Source of the DNA: a virus
Lineage: Duplodnaviria > Caudoviricetes
IMG/VR virus record: IMGVR_UViG_3300010365_001248
Location: 32,001-96,000 of that record
Direction: 5' to 3' (one strand)
DNA: 64,000 nucleotides
In this document: in pieces, positions 41,332 through 54,600 of the stretch
Layout: each line of letters begins with the position of its first letter
Numbering within the stretch: position 1 is the stretch's first letter
The notes under the pieces: generated by a model
Seen by the model: the letters and a program-made list of their open reading frames with translations, nothing else
Told to the model about the DNA's origin: nothing
Databases searched by the model: none
Translations under genes and position numbers: made by a program

Positions 41332-41386
41332 AAATCTTTTGAAGATTGTAAATCAGTAATTTGGCTAAAAGATTAATATTTTTAAT

Positions 41387-41638
41387 ATGACAGATAAAAC
41401 AAAGCACAGTTATTTTGAGTATGTTTATCATAGAGGTATAGAACCAATGTGGAAAGTTGGTGATAAACTTGCCTATTATGAATTTTGTACAAATTATGAA
41501 GGAGAACATAATTTAGGTACGATTATAAATATTGAATTAGATGAGGAGTGTGATGATTGGGTTTATACTTTTGATAATTTTAATCAAGAATTTGAAGAAG
41601 ATTTATTGAATTCTGCAACGTATATAGATAAAAAATAA
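41387..41638 (+). CDS. hypothetical protein (SH3-like small beta domain)
   Basis: 83 aa; PMWKVGD...GTI...WVY. Confidence 0.6.
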   Translation: MTDKTKHSYFEYVYHRGIEPMWKVGDKLAYYEFCTNYEGEHNLGTIINIELDEECDDWVYTFDNFNQEFEEDLLNSATYIDKK

Positions 41639-41645
41639 ACTTTTT

Positions 41646-41897
41646 ATGACTAAAAAGAAAAACGTAAATGGCTATACAAAATCCATTAAAAGGCTTTTGA
41701 GAAATATAGATGGTGGGATTATGGCTATATGCTTGATTTTGAAAAAGCTATATGGGCGGACTGGCTGGACAAATATTCTAAAAAAGAATTAACCCATGCA
41801 CTAGATGAATACTCAGATAGACGTGCTGCAATTGCTAAGTTGGCATTAAGGCTACTTGAAATATATGAATATGAAAATTCAGATTCTAAAATTTAGG
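41646..41897 (+). pseudogene. probable frameshifted hypothetical gene
   Basis: Start frame MTKKK...LLR shifts to a frame reading KYRWWDYGYMLDFEK... Confidence 0.4.
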
Positions 41898-41956
41898 TCA
41901 ATAATTTAAAAAATATAAAGAATCTGAAGAATTTGAAGAAGATGATGATTATTAAT

Positions 41957-42044
41957 AAATAACCCCTAGCACTTTTTAGTGTTAGGGGTTATTTTTTTCG
42001 TACACCCTATAACTTTTTAGTTATAGGGTTATTTTTTTCGTACA
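41957..42044. terminator. tandem terminator hairpins between the converging arms
   Basis: Hairpins at 41957-41994 and 42003-42029, each followed by identical GGTTATTTTTTTCGTACA. Confidence 0.85.
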
Positions 42045-45000
42045 TTAATCTTCACTAGGAACATAAGAAGGTTTAACTAATGTTCTAGTTAATGCATTAG
42101 TATCAATTAAGAATTTTCCTACATCTTGTTGTCCAGTTAATACCTAATAAGCATCACGGGCTAAATCTGCAGTTTGTTTAATACTGAAAGCATTCCAATC
42201 AGATACAAAAGAAATTGCTGTACCAATAATATTAGCATCATCTGCTACAAAATTAGTAGTTCTAAAGGCTAAATTTAATAAAGCAGCTTGAGCTCGATTA
42301 GATAAATCTGGCTATTCTTTAGCTAATTTAGAAGTTTCTGTAAGATAATTTTTAACTATCATACCTAAAAGACCTAAAACTAATACTGTCATTAAATCAG
42401 CTAACCATAATCTAAAATTAAACATATAAGTATAATATAAATGTTCATTTAGAACACCATCAACAGTACAAAGTTCTTTTAAAGTTTTAGATGGATGAAA
42501 AAGTTTAGAATACCAAGGAACTCCCTCATATTTAATTATTTGAGCTAAAGTCAAGAAAATACCTTCTTGAATTAAACCTTTCATTCTCATTACTTTTACA
42601 TCACTAGCTTCAGCATCATCACTCCAAACAAATCTATTAGGATTTATTGTACCATCTTCATATTTAGCATAAACTAATGATATATTAGGATCACTATCTT
42701 TAGTTACGAAATCCCAATAAACTTCATTCTTTTTATTTCTATTACCAAAATATAGATTCTTTTTAGCGGACATATAAGTTCTCATTTGACCTATCAATCC
42801 TCCTAACCATTTACTCAAAAAGAATGATTTTTTACCATTATCATAATATCCATATAAAGTATCACCTAAGGATTTCATAGACTCAATTTCAGCATTAGAA
42901 AAAGCTCTAGGTATAGGTTTAGGTTCATTAACATTTAATTCAAATTTATTACCATCTTTATTTAATTCTTGAATTAAAGAAATATAACGTGATAAAGCTT
43001 TTTTATATTCAGGACTATCTTTAGAAACATTATCTTTAAATAAAATTTCAAAACGTTTATCCTTTTTCATATCATACTAGATAACATTATTTTCATCTAA
43101 AGAATAAGCGTCATAAGCTCCTTCATGAATTAATCGGGCAATAAAAATAGTCATTCTATTATAAAAGTCAGGTCGTGAAGTAGTATAAAAAGCAAATCTA
43201 GAAAAATTAAATATGGAATAATTTTTACTATATTTCATATTTTCTACATACTGATCAATATCCATATCATTTACTCCATATAAAATATTTAATTGATCAA
43301 CTAAACTACTTTCTATAGAAGTTTTTAATTGAGAAGCAGCTACAATTAATTCAGCACGTTTATACTCTTCTTCAGTAAATGGTGCCTCACTTAAACCAGA
43401 TACTATAGCTTTTAATTTTGCTCCTTTTACAATACCATCAGCTCTTTGTCCTAAATATTGAACTGGAGAAAAAGCTAATGTCATATAAGAAGCAGCTTTA
43501 GCTAATTTACCTGTAATTTTTTGTAATTTTTTCTAATTTTCAGTGCCTAAAGAGAGGTTATTAATATTTCTTTTAACCATTTCCTCAATGACATTTAATT
43601 CAGATTCAAAATTATTTTCAGCAGATTCACCAAAATTAACTGAGGCTTGTTGTAAACCTAAATAGGCAGCTTTAATAATTGGCATTATTTCAGTATAGGT
43701 AGAACTAGTAATTTTAGCTTGTTCATACTAACCTAAAATTTGTTCTATACTAGTTTCATAAAAAGCTGTATCTCCATATTTAGCCCTCAAAGTTTCAATT
43801 AATTCTACTCTTTCAACTTGATTCTCACTTTGACTAAATTGATTTACTGTTTTAAAAATACTTTCTGAATTTTTATGAATTAAATCAGCATTAGTAGTAG
43901 AAGAAAAGAATTTATTCCAATATTCATTAAAATTAGTAAAAGGTCTCATTTTACTCATAAATGTAGAAAACCATCCTTGCTCAGCTATTTGAGAAGACAT
44001 GTTTGGCTACATTAAAGGAACTTGTAGATATTGTTTAATTCCTAAAGATAATTTAGTTTTAATAGTTTCCTCAGATTCATTAAATCTAATTTTATTTAAT
44101 TTGATAAGAACTGCTTTTAAAAATTCTAATTGAGCTTCTTGAATATTAGCAGGAAAGTTCTATCTAGTTGAATCAAAAGGATTTACAAATAAAACATCAC
44201 TAAAATCACTAGTTACATAAGTTAGATCTTTAAATCTATCATCAGGATTTGAAAAGAAACCATATGATTTATTTAAATCTTGATCTAATTTCTAAACTAA
44301 ACGTCTATTTTCAAAAACAGAATTCATTAATTTAGATCGTAATGTTTGGGTAGTATTATTAATAATTTTACTAACTTCATTAGGAACATAACCTTTAAAT
44401 TGTCCAGGATTATCAGTTTGATTACCTGAAATACCTTCAGAAAATATATTTGTTAAACCCCCATCAAAATAATCTGAAGTACCTCTTAAAACCTATTTAT
44501 TTTTAAAACCGTATAAATCTTTTAAAGTTTGAGTAGTTTCAAAATATAATAAATATAATTTATCATTTGGTGTATAAGATAAAATACGTTTAAATTTTCT
44601 TTCATTACCTTGTTTATCAATAGTTAAAAGATGAGGGTATTTTTCTTCTAACATATGAACAAATTCTTGTAATTTATCAATAATTAATTGAGTATTTTCT
44701 CCACTCTATTTAAATCGTGTTAAATCATTAAAAGTATCAGAAAATTGACTAATAAGTTTTTTCTATTCATTAGATTTTAAATTTTCATATACACAAATTA
44801 AATTATCAAGTGCATCACTAATTTCAAGAGAACTTATAAATGGAAAATTAGTTAATAAATCATTCTAAATTTTATTATGAGATTTATATAAAGTATGTTT
44901 AAAAGAATATTCTATTTGATCCATTGGAGCTGAAAAATAAACACTACTACCTCCATGAGGACTAACTACTGCCATATTATTAATTTTAGCATCTTTAAAT

Positions 45001-47072
45001 CCAGCTTCATGTAATAGCATATACATTTCAATTAATTCCAAATTTCCACGTACTGCTTGTAGCATTAAAGAATCAGGATTAGTGTCCTCTTCAATATTTT
45101 TAGCAAATTGAAAATTACAATAGTTTCTATCAGAACTAGTTCCTTTTACATTCTAAAAAGGATTAATATTATCAATTTTTACTGTCTCAATAATTTTTTG
45201 AGGATTTCCTTTTTCATCTACAATTGTAGATTCAAAAACTAGAATATTATAAACTCTGAGGAGCTATTGAGCATTTTCAGAAAGTGAAACTTTCCAATTA
45301 CTATTACAGTATTTATTTAATTTAGCTATATTCTTTTCTCCAAAAATACCTAATTTAGGTTCTTCTAGAATACTCATATAAGATTTTTTCTCAATAGCAT
45401 TATGAATTTCACGTAATAATATCTAGCTTAATTCTTTAGCTGACTATATAATAGCTAATTTTTCACTTTTTACTTTAGCAATAAATTTAGATTTAGCGTT
45501 AGGAGTTGAGGCAGATATAGTTACACGAATTCCTCCAGCTTCATAATGAAAATTACCTGATTCATTTGGTTCAATTTCTTTAGTATGATTTTCAGTTAAT
45601 TCATTAATAATATCCGCATCTGCAATATGTTGATCATCTTGTAAAGATAAATTAAATAATAATTTCATTCTTTCCTCATGATCATTAATTAAATTAGGAT
45701 TTAATTCTTCAGCAGGTTGTTCATAAGGTATAATAATATTAATTTCTTTTAAGACAGTAGGGTTACTAGCATCAATTGTAATATCTCTAGTAATAGATCC
45801 TCCTTCTTCATTATATTTAAATTTAAATTTAGAATTATCTAGTCCGTAGATATTTTCTACTTCAATTGGAACAATAAGATCCTATATAGTTTTATTCTAT
45901 AATAAAGCCCTATTAGTTTGTAGCATTCTACCATAAAGTCCTTCCTGATAAATAAAAGTTAATCTTTTAGCAGAATCATATTTATTATAAGATTTATTAC
46001 CTACTTTAAAATCTACTATTTTTAAATCTCCCTATGGAGTAGTAATAAGTAAGTCAATACGTCCAGCTATAGTAGTAATTTTATCATTTTGAATAGTCAT
46101 TTCTACATCAGGACCTAAATCAGCACAAATAGGTACTTCTATATTATAATCTAACTAATTACCTGCTTTTTTATCTTCAGCAGTTAAATATTTATTTTCA
46201 AATTCTTCACGGAGTTTTTTAGCTTGTTCTATGAAAAATTTAATTTGATCATCATTTAATAAAGTAGAATCAATATAACCTTGAGAGGCAGGATTTCTAA
46301 AATATTCTAAAATAGATTTATTTATACTACCAGGATAAGTTTCCCATAATTCATATTGATATTGAAATTTAGAATGAGAAGACAATTTTCTAAAATAAGT
46401 AGCATAAATATTATGAATAGCAATACCTAATTTAGCCTAATATTCCCATCTCTATTTAATTCTTTCAATTATTCTAGCCTATAAAGAATTAGCAGGTAAT
46501 TTAGTTATATCTACATGACCAGTTTCATTATTAAACCATCTTTTATCTAAATCAATAGTTTTTAAATTTTTACCTAAATCTGAGGGATCTATCTATTCTC
46601 CATTTAATTCATGATAAACCATAGCTTCTTCTTCAGTAAAACCTTCATTTTCTTTAGATACACTACCATCTGCAAATAATCTTCTCAAAGTATTTTTTTC
46701 AGACCATGTATTTATACGTTGTGTCCAATAAGCATTTTCGTCAAAATAAGGAGAAATTACTTCCCCATTAAATTTTCTATATAAACCACAAAATTTAAGT
46801 GTACCAACAGCATAATTAGCTTCGTAAGTATCATAGATTTCACCATCTACACCTAAATTATTTTTACCTATATTAGAATCTTTTAATCTTTTTAAAGTAG
46901 AAGCTTTTTCACTAACCTATCTTAAAGCTTGATTAATAGTATTTTGAGCATCAGTTAAAGAAAAAACATAATCTCCTAACTCTTTATAATTAGGGAATTT
47001 AAATAATAAAAATTTATTTAAATCATTTACATCCCCTATAAGAGTATTATTAAAATAATATAAACAACTCAT
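42045..47072 (-). CDS. giant virion/ejected protein with a PD-(D/E)XK nuclease-like domain (about 1675 aa, TAG=Gln)
   Basis: All six track fragments share one frame and end at TAG; starts MSC, stops TAA; AGRIDLL...IVDFK near 46000-46080. I did not check every codon for TAA/TGA. Confidence 0.8.
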
Positions 47073-47073
47073 A

Positions 47074-48645
47074 TTAACAAATTTCTTTTAATTGATTAGA
47101 TTTAAATAAATTTTCTTTTAAATTAGCAAATGCTCTCTAATTAGCTGAATTAATTAAAATATCTTCAGCATTAATAGGTTGTGAATTTAACATTTTAGCT
47201 AAAGTATTAAAAGAATAATTTAAAGGACTTAGCTATTTAAACGTTTCAGCACTTTCTGTACCATTAATAATAGTATCTAAAACATTATAAATACTAAATT
47301 GTAATTCATATAAATCTCTTTGTTTTAGTGATTGTATTGAAGAATTTCTTCCAGTTAAATAATTAGCTAATTCATGAACAAATACTTCTTCAAATACATC
47401 TTCCTAAGATCTATTTTCATAATTTTTAGCAATTTCTTGAAAAGATGGGTATTCAGAAACTTGCTTTATAAGGTCATAATATTTTTCAGGTTGAATAGTT
47501 CTATAATGACCTAGTAATATATGTAATAATTCATGAGTCTAAGAATCCTCTGTAGCTAAATCTGTATTTATATATATTTGTCCATTATAAATAAAAGCTT
47601 TAGCATTTTGAATATGAGGAATTCTAGATAATTCTTCGTCTGTCTAAATTAAATTAGAAGTTACTGAAACAATTTTAACTCCTAAAGTATCTCGAATTTT
47701 ATTTAATAAATCTAATATAATAGGAGGTTCTACTATTTCTTCAAAAGAATTTTGAATTTTAGATATATCTTCTTTTGATACTATAGAAGATTGTCCTATA
47801 TAAGGTTTTTGATAAATAGGAATAATATTATTTTGATATAAATTATCTCCTACTTTTTCTCCTTTAATTATATTAGTATTATTTAAATCAAAATAACATG
47901 CCCCTGAGGGTAATAATTGTTTAAATAATTGTATTAATTCATTTTGTTGAGAATTAGTAAATTCTCCTTTAAATTGATAACTATATAATCCTAAATCTTT
48001 AGTTTTAATTACTTCTAAATAATTTTCTGAATCTATAGCTATTTTTATATTTTTATTATTATTATTTAAGCCTTCTTTAACAAAAAAGCTATTTGTAGAA
48101 ATTTTATTAAATTTATTAACATTAATAAAATTAGATAAAGCAGAACATAAAGTAGTATAAACTTTATTAGGATTATTAAAAATAATTCCCTTTTTAATAT
48201 GATTTATATATTCTTCTTCATCAATACTAATTTCTCCATTATTAATATTTAAAAAAGATAAATTATTTAACCTATCTGTATTATTATTTAAATTTTCTGA
48301 AAATCTATTAACTCTTGGTTTAATTTTTATTAAAGAATCTTTACTATCAATAGGTATAATCTAAATAATTCTATCATTAAAATCTGTATTTAATTTTACT
48401 TGTGCTTCTTTTATATCAGTAGTATTAGTAAAACTCAATAAATCATAATTAGAAACCTAATTATCCTAAATATTTAAAATATTTTTTAAATAATTAGTGG
48501 AATTAGCTCCAGGTAATTCTCTTAATGTAGGTTTTCTTCCTATTGTTTTTACAAAGTAATCATAATAAAAATTAAGAACAGTCGGATTTAATCCCGACTG
48601 TTCTTTAATTTTATCATAATAAGCATCTATTCTACACGCTTTCAT
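47074..48645 (-). CDS. zincin metallopeptidase-domain virion protein (about 523 aa, TAG=Gln)
   Basis: IYIN...HELLH (HExxH)...EEVFV; starts MKAC, ends EIC*; absent from the track because of TAGs. Confidence 0.78.
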
Positions 48646-51600
48646 TATTCACATTTTCCAGTTAAAGTTGAATCATCTAGTTCTTTAGTTGTAATAAATT
48701 CATAAAGAATAACCTAGCCATCTGTTATTTCTGCTTTTATAAATTCATTTAAAACTTCTTTTACGGAATTTATATCTAAAGAAGGATTTATTTTATTAAT
48801 TAACGTTGCATAAGCTTCTATAGTTTTACCTGTTAATTTATTTTTAATTGTCTCACGTTTTTCAACTTTATCATTTTTTATTGTAATAATCAATTGTGAA
48901 GGATCATTATCATCAATTTTAATATAATTCTTTAATAATTTAATTTCAGGAACATATAAAATATTTAATGGCAAAGTATTTCCCAATCCATTAATAGATG
49001 TAGCTTCTTGAAATCCTGTAGGCATTTTATAAGTTGAAAACCAACTATCATCTTCTCCTGGCTCTACTCCATAAATTTCTTCTTGAGCTTCTATATTTTC
49101 AATATCATTAGATTGATTTATAGAATTACTTTTTTCAATTAAATGAATTGTATTAGTATTAGTATCTAATTGTCTAAAGATAGTTCCCTAAGAATCATTT
49201 ATAGATTTCTAAACTATAGGAATTAAAAAATATTTTAAATCTGTATCAAATAATTTAATATAATTTGCAATTAAAGTATTGCCTGACAGATTTAAATTTT
49301 TAGAATTAGGATCTATATTTTGTAAAGCACTTTTCTAAATTAAATTATTTTCTGATGCCTAATGTTTAATATAATCTTGAGCCAAACTGCCATCTTTAGT
49401 TAATTGATTAGTTACTAATCTTGATAAAGAAACTTTTGAAACTTGGTTACCAGAAGTTAATAAAGAATATAAATAAAAAATATCTGCTAAATTTAAAGAC
49501 TAAATATTTTCATTTTTACGCTAAATAAAATGATCATCAGTTACTTGATTTAAGTTTAAATAGTGCTTTATCACAGTATCATAAATGCGTCTATCTATTT
49601 CTGCTGTAGGATTTAAATCTATATCCAAAGAATAAGGTAAAATAGCTTGTCCTGATAAAGTATAACTATTAGATTTAACTAGTAATTTATCAATAAATTG
49701 ATTATTATATAGATTAGAAGTTTCTTTAACTGTATCAAGTTGCCAATCAGGAATTAAATTATGAACTAAAGCTATAAAATTTAATCTTCCATAATTAGTT
49801 TTTAAACTAATCTATTCTTCATTAACAAAATGTTTAGAATTTCCATTTTCATCAAATCCTTTAAAATTTTTAGGTATTCTAATAATAAAATTATTTTTTT
49901 CTAAATAAGAATTTATACTATAAGATTCTAATAGTGCTTGTTGTAATTTTAGCATATTATTTCTTATTTTTTTATCTTTTATTTTATATTGAATTATTAA
50001 AGGTCTTGTTACTTTATTATAAACTATATTCTATAAAAGTAATTGTGTAGCATTAGTTTGAGCTAATAAAGATTCCATATAAGCCTAATAATGAGGTAAT
50101 ACAGATACTGGTAATAGAATATTAAAAAATGTTTTAATTTTATTTAATAAATTTAAACAATTCAATTTATATTTAGGATCTTTGCAATAAGAATCTAAAT
50201 TTAATCTAGCACCACTATCAGGATTAGGTAATCCATTTTCATCAAAAGTTAAATAATTAAACTAAAAATCAATTTTATCTTTATTTTTAATATTTTGAAC
50301 CCAAGCAGTAATTTCTAATTTATCTAAAATTTCTGTAGAATAATTTAATTTAAACTAATTAATAAAAATTTCTTCAAAATTATTTATTTGAGTCTAAACA
50401 TCTTCAAATTGTGTTTTTAATTCTTTATTTATTAATAATCTACTTCCTCTAGAAAATTCATCAGCAATACGTGTAATTTGATTAAAAGCCTAAATTGGAT
50501 CATAAGCTCCTTTTAACATATCTATTACATTTGGAGTAGAATATTTAGTAATACAAGCACTAATTCTATCTAAATACATATCCCAAACCTAAGCTGTTAA
50601 AACTAAAGCTTTAGTTTTCTAAGTATTATAAAATTGCTATAAATCTGTATTATTCCCTTTCTTATTATTTACTATAAAAGAATTAGATTCTCCTTGAGAA
50701 ATTTCATTTATTAAATAATTTTCTCTATTAAAATTAATAATATGTTTTAAATCCCTATATAAAGCACGTCTTCTATCTTTATAAGGTATATCATATTGTT
50801 TAAGAGGATTATTTAAAAAACTATCAACTTCTGTAATTATATTTAAATCATCTATCTAATTAATATAAGAATTATACCAAATTTGCATTGAAGCAATTAA
50901 TTGCTATTTTTGTTTTTCATTAATAGATGAAAGAGAAATTTCATTTATTTCACAATAAGCATTAATTTGATTTTTTAAATCTAAATTAAATTGTTGTTTT
51001 TTATAATAATTTTCGTTTTTCTCATCATTTTGAAAATGTTCTTCAATTTTTTCTATAAATTTTTCAATAGGATGAGTATTAAAAATAGTGTCTTTAATAT
51101 TTTCTTCTCCTGTTAATTCTTTATATTTTTCTAATAATTTTTGACCTAAATATTGTTGAACAGCTTCATAAGGTTGAATTATCTTTCTACCTATAACTCT
51201 ATCTTCTTTAAATTGATTTTTAATATAAGTATCAATTAAATCAAACTACTAAACAGCTTGAACTGTAGTAGTTAATGCTTTTTTATGTGAAAAATAATCA
51301 TTCTTTCTTAGCTTAGTAATTTCTTGACCATAATTACTATTAATAATAGTTTCAAGGGTATCAAAAGAAAGACCTATAGATGCACCTGCTAAATATAAAT
51401 CAATTACTTCAGTACCTGCATTAATTTTACCTAAAATAAGTTCTTTAGCATTATCTGTTGCTAATGATAGCAGAGCTGAAATAACTAGTGCTGCATTAGG
51501 ATTATAACGTTGTTGTTCTACAAGTACTTTTAAAGTTTCATCTATATTATACTATTCTTCTGCAGTTATTTGTAAATATTTATAAGAATTATCTCCAAAT

Positions 51601-54600
51601 GTAAATTTAGGATCTACTAACCTAGAATCAAAAGCATTACTAACTACTCTTGCTGTAGTATTACCTACTTTACCATTATAAATAGGATTTTCTACTAATA
51701 TTGTATTACCATTTATATCTTTATCTAACCATGGTAATCCTGCTAGTAACATTTCTTTTAATTTTTCATCTCCTGATTCTAATACAGCTTGAAAAGCTCC
51801 TATTAAAGCAAAATAGTGTTTTTCTGCTACAGCACAAAGGGCAATACCGTCTTTACCTTCCATACAAATACGAATACCTAAAGGAATACTCATACTATTT
51901 CCAGTAGTATTATACCAGTCTTTCTGGGCTTGTTTAGATTTATTACCTTTAGCTTTAAATGGACTAACAATATTATCAACTGAAGCAGTAGATTCTGACA
52001 TATGACTAGTATCTATTACTACATTGTATTCATTGTTAGTTTCAAAATTTTTAGCGGCACATTCTTTATTATCTTTAGATAATTTATGATAATACTCGTA
52101 GTGTTTAGAAAGTAATTTTACAATATTTTCATCAACTCCAATATCTGCTTTAACATAAGGCATATCTTCTGTAAATAAATCCAAAATTTTAGCAAGGGTT
52201 TTAATATTTTTACTTGAATTTAAATTAAATCTACGAGTTTCAATATTATAAAAAAGACCATCTACAGTTTCTGTTCTTCCTTCTAGCATTAAATTTTTAA
52301 TATCTTCCCAAGCAATACCTTTTTCATCATTAATAGTAATTTCTTTTATTTCCGGTTTAAAAGGTAATAAAGTAGAAGCTTCATCAAAATCTAAATTATA
52401 ATAAGGAGAATGAGTCTAAAAAATTCCTTGTTTATTTAAGGTAAATGTTTTTAATGAAACTGTATCAATATCCAAGTCAGATCCTTGTAAATAGAATTGA
52501 TAAACACTAACCATAGCATTATTAGTATCAGACTCAATAAAATCAGCTACACGCATACCCATTACTGATTGTAAACATTGTGCAGGAATACGGGCAGCTA
52601 TAATATTTAAAACTTTATCAAAACTTTGGTGTAATAATTTACCTAAATGTTTATAATATCTTTTTAAAGATTCAAGTTCATCAATTAAATAAGGGTCATT
52701 ATTATTATCACGTAAATAATCTAATATAGCAATATTAGATTCATAATCATCTACTAAAAATTGATTAGTACCACTTTTAGTAATAGCATTATTAAATAAT
52801 TGCCAATTTAGTGATTCTTCTGAAATATCAAAATCAACTGAATTTTCAGTATTTAAAGTAGCTACAAAATGTGGAATAGATTCAATATAAAATTGATAAG
52901 GAGAGAAACCATCTATTGCTTTCTTCTTTTGAAGAAATTGCCCTAAATCATTATGATCAGATCCATTTTTTATAGGTATTTTAGTACCATTTTTATCAAT
53001 TATATAAGCAGGATCTGTAACTATTATAATACAATCTAAAATAGAATCATAATAAACCTCATCATTTGGACTAAATAATTTATACTAATCATTATTAATA
53101 TTAGAATAAGCTATTGGATTTCCATCAAGATCAGTATCATTATTATATTTTTTATAACGATCTGTGTCTTGTAAATAAGTTAAATAAGAATTATTCTATC
53201 TAGTTTTAATATAAATCTACTGATTATTTTTTCTTTTTAAACATATATCCCAAGTAGAATAAATTTTTTCCTTACCAGTATTTTCATCAAAAATAGGTAT
53301 ATTTTGTAATCTACAATTAGCATTAGCTAGTAATTTTTTATAAAAATAATTTTGGTCAGCTAATATTTCACCTACAGTATCATCTCCATCTAAACCTAAA
53401 GCACTTTTAAAAGTTTTAGGCATAATTACACCACAAACTTTATTCTTTATAGAATCTTTATTTATACGTACTTGAGTATAAGATTGAGTAGGAACATTAG
53501 AGTCAGAAAAAGAATAATCACTAACTACATATACATCTGTAATCTAATCACTTAAAGTACTAAATTTAGATAAAGCATGTAAATCATCTTGATGTGTTTT
53601 ATAATGAAATCTTTGACAAATATCTATTAAAGTATTTTGTATAGATTCTTTTATATTAGTTTTTTTCTTTTCTAATTTAATTATTAATTCTTCTAATTCA
53701 ACTTTTTCTTCGGCAGTTTTTCTTTTATTTCTTTTTAATTTTTCTATTTGTTGTATTTCTGCCCATGTTAAATTATTAATTAAAGCTTCTATTTGTTTAT
53801 TTATATTGTCTTCTCCATTATTCCAATTATCTAAATCTAATCGTAAAAAATTATAAAGAACTTGTTCTCCTAATTTACGTTCAGATAAATTTTCTATGTC
53901 CTCAGATAATTCTTCTTTATAATTTAATTCTGTTTGACAATAGAATTTAAAATAGTCTTTAAATTTATCATTATAACTATTAATTAAAGGAGTATAAATT
54001 AATAATGTAGTTTCTTTATCTTTTTTCTTACTTAATTGACAATATAACTATAAAGTCATTAGATCAGTTAATTCAAATTTCTTTCCTTCAGTATCTTCAA
54101 AAGAAACATTCTAAAACTCTAAATCTAATCCTTTAGAATATAATTTTTCTACTGTAACTCCTTCAAGTGTACTTAAAGCTTTAATTACTTGTTGACCAAT
54201 AAAATGCTTTTTCTTTTCATATAATTCATAATGAGGTAATCCTACATTTGCCCAGAAAGTTAATTCATTTCCTACTATAGGAGAAATATCTAATAATTTA
54301 TTAACTTCCGTAGCTTCCATGCCCTGATTTTTAAAAATGTTATAAAATTGTTCAATACTATTAGGATCAGTAATAGTAATTTTATAATTTAAACCTATAT
54401 TAACATCTTGAATATCTACAGGTTCAGATAAATTTTCTAGAATATTTTTAATATAACTTTGAGTATTTGTTGCAGGATAATTTTCTACTTTAATTGCTGG
54501 TAATTGATTAGAACGGACTATTTTCCATTGTATTTGATCTGAAGTATTTGCTATTTGTTCAGCATAATTAACTTCTATATTAAAAGTTCCTTTAAAATCC

